A DNA stretch of 64,000 bases from contig OZ024741.1 of NCBI GenBank assembly GCA_964016885.1, positions 14,198,001-14,262,000 of the forward strand, written 5' to 3'. This document shows positions 12,641 to 27,700 of the stretch, piece after piece. The position numbers were made by a program, and so were the translations under genes. The DNA comes from Eledone cirrhosa. Its lineage: Eukaryota. The notes beneath the pieces are model-generated. The model made no database searches. It was not told where the DNA came from and saw nothing but the letters and a program-made list of their open reading frames with translations. How positions within the stretch are numbered: the first letter of the stretch is position 1; every line of letters begins with the position of its first letter.

Positions 12641-13077
12641 GTGAGGTTTTTTTTACAAAATGAAAAATAACCGAGGTGTCCTACACGAGTGAAAGTATAA
12701 AGAAAAAAAGATGAAATCGAAAATGCAACTGGAGTCTTATTTAAAAAAAATATATATTTATTTGGTTCCTTTACCGGTTTCGCAGTTCTTCTGCTTTGAT
12801 GTGAGAAAAACCACAGACCCTCCATCTCAACTCTACTTTTGAAAAGCAGAAGACCTGCGAAACCGATAAAGGAACCAAATAAATATATATATTTAAAAAA
12901 AAATAAGACTCCAGTTGCATTTTCGATTTCATCTTTTTTTCTATATATATAGTATATCAACTAGAAATTGATATCTAGTTGATATAAAATGCTCGGGTCT
13001 ATTCATTGGAATCTTTGTGCATATTCTACAGTGGATATGGCGCATGTCTCTCAGACATGACACCCTTAATTTAATTT

Positions 13078-13108
<31 letters not shown>

Positions 13109-13116
<8 letters not shown>

Positions 13117-14850
13117 TACAATAACAGATTAAAGTTTAAGCAAAGAATCACTGCTTTCACCCTTAACGGGATCTTCTGAAACTAACAAAGTCAATCTGTA
13201 AACGCAGAACTGGATATTTCAAAAAACGTTGCAACCGGAGGAAGACAAGAAGACGATACTTTGGTTCGTGGTAACGTTCGCTGGCAAAGAACGGGAAAAA
13301 ACGAATAATACGTCATTAATAGGAGCGGTGAAAAACAATTACGCGCAAAGACAAAACCACGTTTATGGTATAAAAGAGGTCGTAGACTAATGTTCTCTTA
13401 GGTGGTGCATAGAGACGTTCTCTGGCAATGAACGAAAAAACGAAGATAATAAGTCATATGTGGAGCGTGGAGAACAATAGCACGCAAAGACAAAACCACG
13501 TAAATGGTATAGCAGAAATCGTAGACTAAATTTCTAACTAGGAGACCAAATGAATCTCCGCTACAGAGTTAAGAACAAAGTAAATAAATACAATACAGAA
13601 GTAATAGAAACAAATAAATACATACACGCAAACAGATACGTACATACACAAGCATACGCAAAACCTTACCATGGGTATACAAAACCACGCACATATAAAT
13701 ATGTGTGTGTGTGTATGCTTGTGTACAAATAAATAAATAATTATATAAACGTATATAAGTAAATAGATACGTATATAACAAGCGCACACGCATACCTACA
13801 TATAAATACACGAATGTTCGGAGACGTAAGTCAACTAAAACAAGAAGTACACATATACACACACCCACCATACGTACGAACCTGCACACTCACGCGGACG
13901 CAAAACTCCCGTATACACATAGCCAAACCCTAAATACCAGAATATGTAAACATTATACGCTATAACAGTCAAATATACGTACGAGAAGGTATACATACCT
14001 TCACAAAACATACGGGTAATATATACTTACCTATGCAAAGGGTTTGGCTATGTGTATACGGGAGTTTTGCGTCCGCGTGAGTGTGCAGGTTCGTATGCGT
14101 GTGCGCTTGTTATATACGTATTTATTTACTTATATACGTTTATATAATTATTTATTTATTTGTACACAAGCATACACACACACACATATTTATATGTGCG
14201 TGGTTTTGTATACCCATGGTAAGGTTTTGCGTATGCTTGTGTATGTACGTATCTGTTTGCGTGTATGTATTTATTTGTTTCTATTACTTCTGTATTGTAT
14301 TTATTTACTTTGTTCTTAACTCTGTAGCGGAGATTCATTTGGTCTCCTAGTTAGAAATTTAGTCTACGATTTCTGCTATACCATTTACGTGGTTTTGTCT
14401 TTGCGTGCTATTGTTCTCCACGCTCCACATATGACTTATTATCTTCGTTTTTTCGTTCATTGCCAGAGAACGTCTCTATGCACCACCTAAGAGAACATTA
14501 GTCTACGACCTCTTTTATACCATAAACGTGGTTTTGTCTTTGCGCGTAATTGTTTTTCACCGCTCCTATTAATGACGTATTATTCGTTTTTTCCCGTTCT
14601 TTGCCAGCGAACGTTACCACGAACCAAAGTATCGTCTTCTTGTCTTCCTCCGGTTGCAACGTTTTTTGAAATATCCAGTTCTGCGTTTACAGATTGACTT
14701 TGTTAGTTTCAGAAGATCCCGTTAAGGGTGAAAGCAGTGATTCTTTGCTTAAACTTTAATCTGTTATTGTAATAAATATTTGCTCTACGGTTCTTATATA
14801 TTTGATATATATTTTCCTTATCGAGCCCTCTTTGGATTTTAGTCTTCAAT
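13109..14850. repeat. Large inverted repeat (13109-13930 / 14040-14779, tail to ~14850) between TA tracts
   Basis: Near-identical arms, with about 80 bp missing from the right arm. Degenerate HHR-like motif CAGAAGA-tccc..ggg-t-GAAA at 14710-14733. Confidence 0.88.
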
Positions 14851-14864
14851 TTTATTATTATTAT

Positions 14865-14913
<49 letters not shown>

Positions 14914-14968
14914 CGGAAAAAATGAAACGAAATTTCATTTCTCACTCTTAGTACGGCTGTTACTTAAA

Positions 14969-15423
14969 TATAAGTATGTACACGTACATGCATATATGTA
15001 TACAGACGTACAGTAGTATGTATATATATATACATATATGCACACATATATATATATATATATATGTACGTATGGATTCACCGAACATTTATTATAATGC
15101 TCGGTGTGTTTGTAAACAAACATCCCGAATTAAGCCGTACAGTGTCTAGCAACATCGTTGCTCATTTGTTCAACACTGACAAAGGAACGCTGTACTAGTT
15201 TCAAGCTTATTAGCTATCGTCAGCAACGTATACCTTCCTGCCAGATGATTGAACATCTGAAAGTATCTACTTTCCTTATGCATATTAACAGCTTAATTAG
15301 GAATGTTTGTTTACTATAATAAATGTTCGGTGAATCCATACGTACATATATATATGTGTATGTATATATATATACATACTACTGTACGTCTGTATTCATA
15401 TATGTATGTACGTGTACATACTT

Positions 15424-15428
<5 letters not shown>
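14969..15428. repeat. Imperfect inverted repeat (14969-15124 / 15301-15428) enclosing an HHR
   Basis: tacgtatggattcaccgaacatttattata and its reverse complement, plus flanking matches. Confidence 0.8.
15187..15229 (-). ncRNA. Minimal hammerhead ribozyme, canonical core
   Basis: acgttg-CTGACGA-t-agct(aata)agct-t-GAAA-ctag-TA-cagcgt. Confidence 0.82.
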
Positions 15429-16235
<807 letters not shown>

Positions 16236-16730
16236 CACCCACACACGTACATAAATATGAATATATGATTACATAATTTTTATCTACATTGAAAAAAATG
16301 ACTGCTTATCGGTATGGAAGACTGGGCATCTGACAGCTGCCTTACTTGAAAGAAGTAAATTGTATGAAGAAAAATGAATCTTTATGACATCGAGTTTCAC
16401 TTTGGGAATTACAAGTCGACAAGAAAAATAATAACGAGCATGAAATGTTGAGTGTTAATATCTCCAGCCTGCTGCTGTTCAAACTTAAATATACTATAGC
16501 CATCATTTGCAGTCGACTACGACTTAGTAGTATGTACCATGATTTGACTAACGGTTTTAGGTTCCTATGTAGTTTCGAACACTCTCTCGATTATCTCCCT
16601 TTTTATCATGCAGAACATACAAGATGTGACAAACTGGAAGACTAAAGGGCGACACAAGCATTGGACTAATACTTTCTTTATTAATTCCCAAAAAGATGAA
16701 AGGTAGCGTGTATCTCAGCAGGGATTTAAA

Positions 16731-16927
16731 CCCTTTAGCATTTAAACCGGACGTATCCGGCCAGAATTCTCTCACCTTTTTCTGTTTAACCGGCCGTTCA
16801 TACTGATGTTAAGGTATTGTTCACAAAATAAATAATACCAAAATCTTATAGATTCGATATTATGTGAGATAAAGCGTTTATCATAAACATATAATAGTAA
16901 ATATAGAGTAATGTAAATGCTAAAGGG
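16731..16927. mobile_element. piggyBac-like MITE
   Basis: TIRs ccctttagcattta / taaatgctaaaggg. TTAA on the right and tttaaa on the left. Confidence 0.7.
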
Positions 16928-17035
16928 TTAAAGGCAGAGATCAGGAATAAATATTTAACACTCTAACGGCTGCTTTCTCTCCCACTACAGCATGAAATCG
17001 CTTCTACAACTGTTTCCTTCAGTTTTTATTTCCTT

Positions 17036-17331
17036 GTGATGGCTCGTGACCTAATGGTAAAGATGCTTGACTTACGATCATATACTCATAGGTTTGATTC
17101 CTGGGCTGGATTGTGTGTTGTGTTCTTGAGCAAAACAGTTCATTTCATGTTGCTCCAGTATACCCAGCCTAAAATGAGCACCAGTAATATAAGGGCTTTA
17201 ACACGTTGGACTGGTGTCCTGGCTGGTGGTGGTAGTGGGGGGGGGGCAGTTTTGTACTCTTAGTCACTTCACGATACAGAAACCAAGATAAGTACCGGCC
17301 TGATGAATCTCTTGACTTGAGACAGACTTTA
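17036..17331 (+). mobile_element. tRNA-derived SINE (second family), degenerate
   Basis: A-box-like tgacctaatggtaa, B-box-like ggtttgattcc, body gtgttcttgagcaaaaca..gttgctccagt. Confidence 0.6.
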
Positions 17332-17396
17332 GACTAGAGACTTTATATATTTATATATATATATATATATATATATAGATATATAGATATATAGCG

Positions 17397-17441
<45 letters not shown>

Positions 17442-17468
17442 TATATAGATATATAGATATATATATAT

Positions 17469-17870
17469 ATAGAATAGAAAACGAAAAATCAGTGATGCAT
17501 CTGAACTCAATTTATTGTGTGTTACAACTGTTTCCCCGGCGGGCAGCTCGAGACACGATCATTGTGTGGATCTGTTTGATTCTGGACCCGCAGGTTCGAC
17601 GGACACGTCTAATGATTTCGGACCATTGTGAGAGAATATGCTCCGAAATCATTAGACGTGTCCGTCGAACCTGCGGGTCCAGAATCAGACAGACCCGTAC
17701 AATGATCGTGTCTCGAGCTGCCCGCCGGGGAAACAATTGTAACACACAATAAATTGAGTTCAGATGCATCACTGATTTTTCGTTTTCTATTCTATCATAC
17801 TCTGCTCTGTAAGAACATAGAATGCTCAACCGGCACACCGCCTATGGAAGCATCTTGGCTACCATCATAT
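17469..17870. repeat. Fold-back element (arms ~17469-17622 / 17642-17794, tail to ~17868) between TA tracts
   Basis: ~154 bp arms and a 19 nt spacer. The right arm starts tccGAAAtcatTA. Confidence 0.88.
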
Positions 17871-18027
17871 ATATATATATATATATATCCAGGGAGTGTA
17901 ACTTGGAGCCACTGAAGGTTTATCGGGGTGAGCACTCGATGTTTAGGTTCACTTCAGTGATTTCAAGCGTTAAACTAATATATTTCTTTCATGTACTGTG
18001 CCGTTTGTTTTGTTATTTCTGTTTACC

Positions 18028-18118
<91 letters not shown>

Positions 18119-18376
18119 ATGCACTACTCAGAAGGAAGTCTTGTTCTCACAGTCGCTTCAGGCCACAGAAACCGGCCCGATGTTCCGGTAAATGACAACA
18201 TTATGAATTACCAATGGTTTCGTCTCTGTTCTGCATCATCTGGCTTATGTAGAAATACTTGGGTCGGTGTTGAGTTCAGGAAATTTAATATGAATTACTA
18301 TCCTGTACTGTATCTCTACTGTTCTGGTGACTAAGCTTCGTAGAGCTTATATTCACCACTAGATTTTTGTTTATAA

Positions 18377-18423
18377 CGCTCTGATGATTCCTGCCTCACG
18401 GTATGGATGAAACATTGTTAGCG
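18377..18423 (+). ncRNA. Minimal hammerhead ribozyme
   Basis: cgct-CTGATGA-ttcctgcc(tcac)ggtatgga-t-GAAA-cattg-TT-agcg. Confidence 0.7.
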
Positions 18424-18752
18424 AATACAAATTGTATGAGTATGTAGGGGTTCTTTGATGTATTTTATCTACATACAAACATATATATATTTGGGTCGGT
18501 GTTGAGTTCAGGAACTTCTATATAAATTGAAGTACTTTTATAGACACCAGGAAAAGATGAGGTATGTTAACAGACCAAATGCTTATCATGTTCAAAATAA
18601 GAATAATTACTATTGCTAAATTTCACAAAAAGTCAGGGAATATTTCGAAATACAGACGACGGTATCGATCTCAGAATCTTACTGGTACTCAGTTGATTGA
18701 CATTGGAAAAACGAAAGTTGCCTACAGGGATATTGAAACACATCAATTATGC

Positions 18753-19548
18753 GTGTGTATGTGTGGGAGTATTATCGATATGTGTGTGTATGTGGGAGTA
18801 TTATCGATGTGTGTGTATGTGGGAGTATTATCGATATGTGTGTGTATGTGTGGGAGTATTATCAATGTGTGTGTGTATGAGTGTGTATGTGGGAGTATTA
18901 TCGATGTGTGTGTATGTGTCTGTGTATGTGGGAGTATTATCGATGAGTGTGTATGTGTGGGAGTATTATCGATATGTGTGTGTATGTGGGAGTATTATCG
19001 ATGTGTGTGTATGTGGGAGTATTATCGATATGTGTATGTATGTGGGAGTATTATCGATGTGTGTGTATGTGTGGGAGTATTATCAATGTGTGTGTGTATG
19101 TGTAGGAGTATTATCGATGTGTGTGTATGTGTGGGAGTATTATCGATGTGTGTATATATGTGTGGAGTATTATTGATATGTGTGTGTGTGAGTGGGAGTA
19201 TTATCGATATGTGTGTGTATGTGTGAGAGTATTATCAATATGTGTGTGTATGAGTGTGTATGTGGGAGTATTATCGATGTGTGTGTATGTGGGAGTATTA
19301 TCGATATGTGTGTATGCGGGAGTATTATCGATATGTGTGTGTATGAGTGTGTATGTGGGAGTATTATCGATATGTATTGTGTGAGTGGGAGTATTATCGA
19401 TGTGTGTGTGTATGTGTGGGAGTATTATCGATATGTGTATGTATGTGGGAGTATTATTGATTCTGTGTGTATGTGGGAGTATTATCGATGTGTGTGTATG
19501 CGGGAGTATTATCGATATGTGTGTGTATGAGTGGGAGTATTATCGATA
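18753..19548. repeat. Minisatellite with core gtgggagtattatcgat and variable (GT)n spacers
   Basis: Roughly 25 tandem units of ~26-40 bp. Confidence 0.92.
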
Positions 19549-19837
19549 ACGTCTCCACCTTCTCGTCTTTCCTCATCAGCGCCATTACACTCAGACTTAC
19601 AGAGCTGGTAATTTCCAGTTTCGAGGACATCGGAGATCAAGTCTGGTATATCTACTCTCAATTCTTCAACAATCGTCCCCCACACCCGCGTATTAATTTT
19701 TTAAATCCCCCACCCACCAATCACCGCACTGCTTCCAAAGGTCCCGCTTATTAAATTTTGCTAATCTATCTCCGGCGAAATTCTATTGTGATTCATACTG
19801 ATACAGCAGCTAGATAATCTAATAATTTTATTTTACA

Positions 19838-20409
19838 CTAGCAGTGGTACCGGGCGTTGCACGGGATAAGGTATTTTGGAACGCAGGCCGCCAACAGACC
19901 TAATCGTGGAAAAACTGCATGCCTGGACAATATGTAAAGAAAATAAACCGAATACTCTGATGGCTGGATAATCTCTAAGATTTTCATTGATGAAGCAGGA
20001 AAAATGCAGGTTTTCACCTAATGTGGGCCCTAGTGGATCAAGAAAATGAATGTTTTTATGTGCCTTGAAATTTCGGGAAAATTGGCTAGACGTAACGCCT
20101 CAAAAAAGCCCTAAAAAGCTGAAATAATGAAGTTTTTCACCTAATGCTAGGCCATAAAAAGTTGGATTTTCTTTGCTCACGCTATGAAGAAGAGACTGTC
20201 TAATACATAGTTACAATTTCAAGGAAATCAGTCTGACGTAACGCCTAAAAAAACCCCTAAAAACCTGCAAAAACGCAGTTTTTAACCTAATGCGGGCCCT
20301 AGGGGATCAACAAGTTGAATTTTTTAATGTGCATAACACTCCCTGAAACATAAGTAATACACATGTAAAGTTTAAAAAAAGCCGGTTGTGTACTTCTCGA
20401 GTTTGAGGG

Positions 20410-20482
<73 letters not shown>

Positions 20483-20500
20483 CAGTTTTATAAATATAGA
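19838..20500 (-). mobile_element. Non-autonomous Helitron-like element
   Basis: On the minus strand: 5' TCTATATTTATAAAA plus (GT)n, an internal ~130 bp tandem subrepeat, and a 3' GC hairpin followed by CTAG(T). Confidence 0.62.
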
Positions 20501-21420
20501 CTAGCAGAAAACCACCCGTGGGGCGGTTTTCTGCTAGCAAATCTAGTGTATATACTGATATTGTTGAGATTTGGATGAGAAATGTTTTCGGCACCACATG
20601 TTCACCGTCTCTCGGTGTGTCTTTTATGCATGTATAAATATATATGTTATCTATACGGTGAAATCTTTGAAATAAATATATGTTAAAACGAAAAAGGAAA
20701 AAATAAATAACTGGCGGTTAGAAAAAGATATTCCTATGAAATTTTAATCATACCATTAGGTGTGAATAAGGAAATATGTTTTTATTGTCAAAACAAATGT
20801 TCAAAAGTTAAACTTCAATTTTTTTAATTATTTCCAATTTTTTCATGAAATTGAACACTGGACATTGGCTACTGGAAATGGAAATGAAATCGTATTTAAT
20901 TGTATTTAAATTTCTAACATTATTTTATTATTTATATTTTTTCAATAAGAAATAAAAAAAACAACAAAAAAAATTGAAGAAGAAAATTGAACAAATCAAA
21001 CGAACTGCGCAATCTGATTAATAAATTACCTCATCAGCAGCAACCTTCTTCAAATGGTCCTTATTATCAGCAGCAACAACCACAAATTCAATGGCAACCT
21101 TCTTCAAACCACAAATTTAATGGCAACCTTCTTTGCATGGTGTCAAGTCAGAACCGCCTCGAACTGGTTACTTCTGGTTTGTGCAAGGTGTCTCTATAGC
21201 AACCAGTGATTCCCTCGGCCTCAGTGACCAAAGTCAGTGGAGAGGGGAAGGTAATGTTTCTGTAGCACGTGTTTTAGCGTCTATTCACTCTCTCTCTCTC
21301 CCTCCCGTTATCCCCCTCTCGTAGTCTGTCTCTTTCTTTCACTCTCACTCTCTCTCTACGCACGTGTTTCCACTGTCGGACAGACAGACAGAGAAATTGC
21401 TGGTTATATATATAAGTAGA
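20501..21420 (-). mobile_element. Second Helitron-like element, in tandem with the first
   Basis: Minus-strand 5' TCTACTTATATATATAA..tgtctgtctgtcc. 3' 17-bp hairpin ending CTAG at 20501-20537. Confidence 0.45.
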
Positions 21421-21614
21421 TTAAAAAAACCTATTATATATGACATAAACGGACATTACAAAAAAATCCCATATTTACTAACGTACACGATACAACTATC
21501 GATTTCCCAACCCCTCCATTTACCCCGCACCCACTACAGTTTATAAGAATTTAAGCAAATGCCCCCCCCCCACACCACCACTTATTCCTCCTTCTTATTA
21601 TTTGGGATCCTAAA

Positions 21615-21740
21615 GTACGTAAAGCTAGTAAGGTAGACCATCCAAATCGAGTGATTTGCGCCTCGTCCAACCTCTTAGGGCTCCCCGTAACTCGACTGCT
21701 GTCATCGGCGGCACTCCACATCTTCCGCAGTCAGCCGCTG
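21615..21740 (-). pseudogene. Decayed Tx1/L1 ORF2 fragment (left flank of the satellite)
   Basis: RLTAEDVEC/PMTAVELRGALRGWTRRKSLDLDGLPY*LY aligns with RLSSGEAECCERPITATEIGEALSQCSRRKSPGLDGLPYELY at 60185-60315. Confidence 0.82.
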
Positions 21741-24700
21741 CACCACGCTCTATTCCCACGACACCACGCTCTATTCCCACTACTCAACGCTCTATTCCCA
21801 CGACACCACGCTCTATTCCCACGACACCACGCTCTATTCCCACGACACCACGCTCTATTCCCACTACTCAACGCTCTATTCCTACGACACCACGCTCTAT
21901 TCTCACGACACCACGCCCTATTCCCACGACACCACGCCCTATTCCCACGACACCACGCTCTATTCACACTACACCACGCTCTATTCCCACGACACCACGC
22001 TCTATTCCCACTACTCAACGCTCTATTCCTACGACACCACGCTCTATTCTCACGACACCACGCCCTATTCCCACGACACCACGCCCTATTCCCACGACAC
22101 CACGCTCTATTCACACTACACCACGCTCTATTCACACTACACCATGCTCTATTGCCACTACTCCACGCCCTATTCCCACGACACCACGCTCTATTCACAC
22201 TACACCATGCTCTATTCACACTACACCACGCTCTATTCACACTACACCACGCTCTATTCACACTACACCACGCCCTATTCCCACGACACCACGCTCTATT
22301 CACACTACACCACGCTCTATTCACACTACACCACGCCCTATTGCCACTACTCCACGCCCTATTCCCACGACACCACGCTCTATTCACACTACACCACGCC
22401 CTATTCACACTACACCATGCTCTATTCACACTACACCACGCTCTATTCACACTACACCATGCTCTATTCACACTACACCACGCTCTATTCCCACGACACC
22501 ACGCTCTATTCTCACTACTCCATGCTCTATTCCCACGACACCACGCTCTATTCCTACGACACCACGCCCTATTCCCACGACACCACGCTCTATTCACACT
22601 ACACCACGCTCTATTCACACTACACCACGCCCTATTGCCACTACTCCACGCTCTATTCCCACGACACCACGCCCTATTCACACTACACCACGCCCTATTC
22701 CCACTACTCCACGCTCTATTCCCACTACACCACGCTCTATTCACACTACAACATGCTCTATTCACACTACACCACGCTCTATTCACACTACAACATGCTC
22801 TATTCACACTACACCACGCCCTATTCCCATTACTCCACGCTCTATTCCCACGACACCACGCTCTATTCCCACGACACCACGCTCTATTCTCACTACTCCA
22901 CGCTCTATTCCCACGACACCACGCTCTATTCACACTACACCACGCTCTATTCCCACGGCGCCACGCCCTATTCCCACTACACCACGCTCTATTCTCACTA
23001 CTCCACGCTCTATTCACACCACTCCACGTTCTATTCCCACTATACCACGCCCTATTCACACTACACCATGCTCTATTCCCACGACACCACGCTCTATTCC
23101 CACGACACCACGCTCTATTCACACTACTCCACGCTCTATTCCCACTACACCACGCTCTATTCCCACTACACCACGCTCTATTCCCACGCCACCACGCCCT
23201 ATTCCCACTACACCACGCTCTATTCCCACTACACCACGCTCTATTCCCACTACACCACGCTCTATTCACACTATTCCACGCCCTATTCCCACGACACCAC
23301 GCTCTATTCACACTACACCACGCCCTATTCCCATTACTCCACGCTCTATTCCCACGACACCACGCTCTATTCACACTACACCACGCCCTATTCCCACGAC
23401 ACCACGCCCTATTCCCACGACACCACGCTCTATTCACACTACACAACGCTCTATTCACACTACAGCACGCCCTATTCCCATTACTCCACGCTCTATTCCC
23501 ACGACACCACGTTCTATTCACACTACACCACGTTCTATTCCCACTACAAAACTCTCTATTCCCACTACATCACGCACTATTCCCACTACACCACGCTCTA
23601 TTCCCACGACACCACGCTCTATTCCCACGACACCACGCTCTATTCACACTACAACACGCTCTATTCCCACTACACCACGCTCTATTCTCACTACTCCACG
23701 CTCTATTCCCACTACAGCACGCTCTATTCCCAATACACCACGCTCTATTCTCACTACTCCACGCTCTATTCCCACGACACCACGCTCAATTCACACTACA
23801 CCACGCTCTATTCCCACGACACCACGCTCTATTCACACTACACCACGCCCTATTCCCACTACACCACGCTCTATTCACACTACACCACGCTCTATTCACA
23901 CTACACCACGTTCTATTCTCACTACTCCACGCTCTATTCACACTACACCACGCTCTATTCACACTACACCACGCCCTATTCCCACTACACCACGCTCTAT
24001 TCACACTACACCACGCTCTATTCTCACTACTCCACGCTCTATTCCCACTACTCCACGCTCTATTCCCACTACACCACGCTCTATTCACACTACACCACGC
24101 CCTATTCCCACTACTCCACGCTCTATTCCCAAGACACCACGCCCTATTCACACTACACCACGCTCTATTCACACTACACCACGCTCTATTCACACTACAC
24201 CACGCTCTATTCCCACTACTCCACGCTCTATTCCCACGACACCACGCTCTATTCACACTACTCCACGCTCTATTCACACTACACCACGCTCTATTCACAC
24301 TACACCACGCTCTATTCCCACTACTCCACGCTCTATTCCCACGACACCACGCTCTATTCACACTACACCACGCTGTATTCACACTACACCACGCTCTATT
24401 CACACTACACCACGCTCTATTCACACTACACCACGCTCTATTCCCACTACTCCACGCTCTATTCCCACTACTCCACGCTCTATTCCCACTACACCACGCT
24501 CTATTCCCACTACTCCACGCTCTATTCCCACTACACCACGCTCTATTCCCACTACACCACGCTCTATTCACACTACACCACGCTCTATTCACACGACACC
24601 ACGCTCTATTCCCACTACACCACGCTCTATTCACACTACTCCACGCTCTATTCCCACTACACCACGTTCTATTCCCACTACACCACGCTCTATTCACACT

Positions 24701-27700
24701 ACTCCACGTTCTATTCCCACTACACCACGCCCTATTCACACTACACCATGCTCTATTCCCACGACACCACGCTCTATTCCCACAACACCACGCTCTATTC
24801 ACACTACTCCACGCTCTATTCCCACTACACCACGCTCTATTCACACTACACCACGCTCTATTCCCACGACACCACCCTCTATTCCCACTACAACACGTTC
24901 TATTCCCACTACACCACGCTCTATTCCCACGCCACCACGCCCTATTCCCACTACACCACGTTCTATTCCCACTACACCACGCTCTATTCACACTACACCA
25001 CGCTCTATTCCCACGACACCACGCACTATTCCCACTACACCACGCTCTATTCCCACGACACCACGCTCTATTCACACTACACCACGCTCTATTCCCACGA
25101 CACCACGCTCTATTCACACTACACCACGCTCTATTCCCACTACACCACGCTCTATTCTCACTACTCCACGCTCTATTCCCACTACACCACGCTCTATTCC
25201 CACTACACCACGCTCTATTCACACTACACCACGCTCTATTCCCACTACACCACGCTCTATTCACACTACACCACGCTCTATTCTCACTACTCCACGCTCT
25301 ATTCCCACTACACCACGCTCTATTCCCACTACACCACGCTCTATTCACACTACACCACGCCCTATTGCCACTACTCCACGCTCTATTCCCACGACACCAC
25401 GCCCTATTCACACTACACCACGCTCTATTCACACTACACCACGCTCTATTCACACTACACCACGCTCTATTCACACTACACCAAGCTCTATTCACACTAC
25501 ACCACGCCCTATTCCCATTACTCCACGCTCTATTCACACGACACCACGCTCTATTCCCACGACATCACGCTCTATTCTCACTACTCCACGCTCTATTCCC
25601 ACGACACCACGCTTTATTCACACTACACCACGCTCTATTCCCACGACGCCACACCCTATTCCCACTACACCAAGCTCTATTCCCACTACTCCACGCTCTA
25701 TTCACACTGTTCCACGTTCTATTCCCACTACACCACGCCCTATTCACACTACACCATGCTCTATTCCCACGACACCACGCTCTATTCCCACGACACCACG
25801 CTCTATTCCCACTACAACACGCTCTATTCCCACTACAACACGCTGTATTCACACTACTCCACGCTCTATTCCCACGACACCACGCTCTATTCACACTACA
25901 CCACGCCCTATTCCCATTACTCCACGCTCTATTCCCACTACACCACGCTCTATTCACACTACACCACGCTCTATTCCCACGACACCACGCTCTATTCACA
26001 CTACACCACGCTCTATTCTCACGACACCACGCCCTATTCCCACGACACCACGCTCTATTCACACTACACCACGCTCTATTCACACTACACCACGCCCTAT
26101 TCCCATTACTCCACGCTCTATTCCCACGACACCACGTTCTATTCACACTGCATCACGCTCTATTCCCACGACACCACGCTCTATTCACACTACACCACGC
26201 TCTATTCCCACGACACCACGCTCTATTCCCGCGACACCACGCTCTATTCCCACGACACCACGCTCTATTCACACGACACCACGCTCTATTCACACGACAC
26301 CACGCTCTATTCCCACTACACCACGCTCTATTCCCACTACACCACGCTCTATTCCCACTACACCACGTTCTATTCACACTACACCACGCTCTATTCCCAC
26401 GACACTACGCTCTATTCACACTACACCACGCTCTAATCCCACGACACCACGCTCTATTCACACTACACCACGCTCTATTCCCACGACACCACGCTCTATT
26501 AACACTACACCACGCTCTATTCACACTACACCACGCTCTATTCCCACGACACCACGCTCTATTCACACTACACCACGCTCTATTCCCACGACACCACGCT
26601 CTATTCACACTACACCACGCTCTATTCCCACTACACAACGCTCTATTCACACTACACCACGCTCTATTCCCACTACACCACGCTCTATTCCCATGACACC
26701 ACGCTCTATTAACACTACACCACGCTCTATTCCCACGACACCACGCTCTATTCCCACGACACCACGCTCTATTCCCACGACACCACTCTCTATTCCCACT
26801 ACACCACGCTCTATTCACACTACACCACGCTCTATTCCCACTACACCACGCTCTATTCCCACTACACCACGCTCTATTCCCACTACACCACGCTCTATTC
26901 ACACTACACCACGCTCTATTCCAACGACACCACGCTCTATTCCCACGACACCACGCTCTATTCCCACGACACCACGCTCTATTCCCACTACACCACGCTC
27001 TATTCCCACGACACCACGTTCTATTCCCACTACACCACGCTCCATTCCCACTACACCACGCTCCATTCCCACTACACCACGCTCCATTCCCACTACACCA
27101 CGCTCTATTCACACTACACCACGCCCTATTCCCACTACACCACGCTCTATTCACACTACACCACGCTCTATTCCCACTACACCACGCTCTATTCCCACTA
27201 CACCACGTTCTGTTCCCACTACACCACGCTCTATTCACACTACACGACGCTCTATTCCCACGACACCACGCTCTATTCTTACGACACCACGTTCTATTCC
27301 CACTACACCACGCTCTATTCACACTACACCACGCTCTATTCCCACGACACCACGCTCTATTCCCACGACACCACGTTCTATTCCCACTACACCACGCTCT
27401 ATTCACACTACACCACGCTCTATTCCCAAGACACCACGCTCTATTCACACTACACCACGCTCTATTCCCACTACACCACGCTCTATTCCCATGACACCAC
27501 GCTCTATTAACACTACACCACGCTCTATTCCCACTACACCACGCTCTATTCCCACTACACCACGTTCTGTTCCCACTACACCACGCTCTATTCACACTAC
27601 ACCACGCTCTATTCCCACGACACCACGCTCTATTCTTACGACACCACGTTCTATTCCCACTACACCACGCTCTATTCACACTACACCACGCTCTATTCCC

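Noticed and set aside
17300-17330. CTGATGA as a hammerhead core
   Set aside because: There is a hairpin but no GAAA or closing stems, and it lies at a SINE 3' end.
20987-21199. Gln-rich 70 aa ORF
   Set aside because: It is made of short internal tandem repeats (caaccttcttcaaa) within a Helitron-like element, with no splice or homology support.
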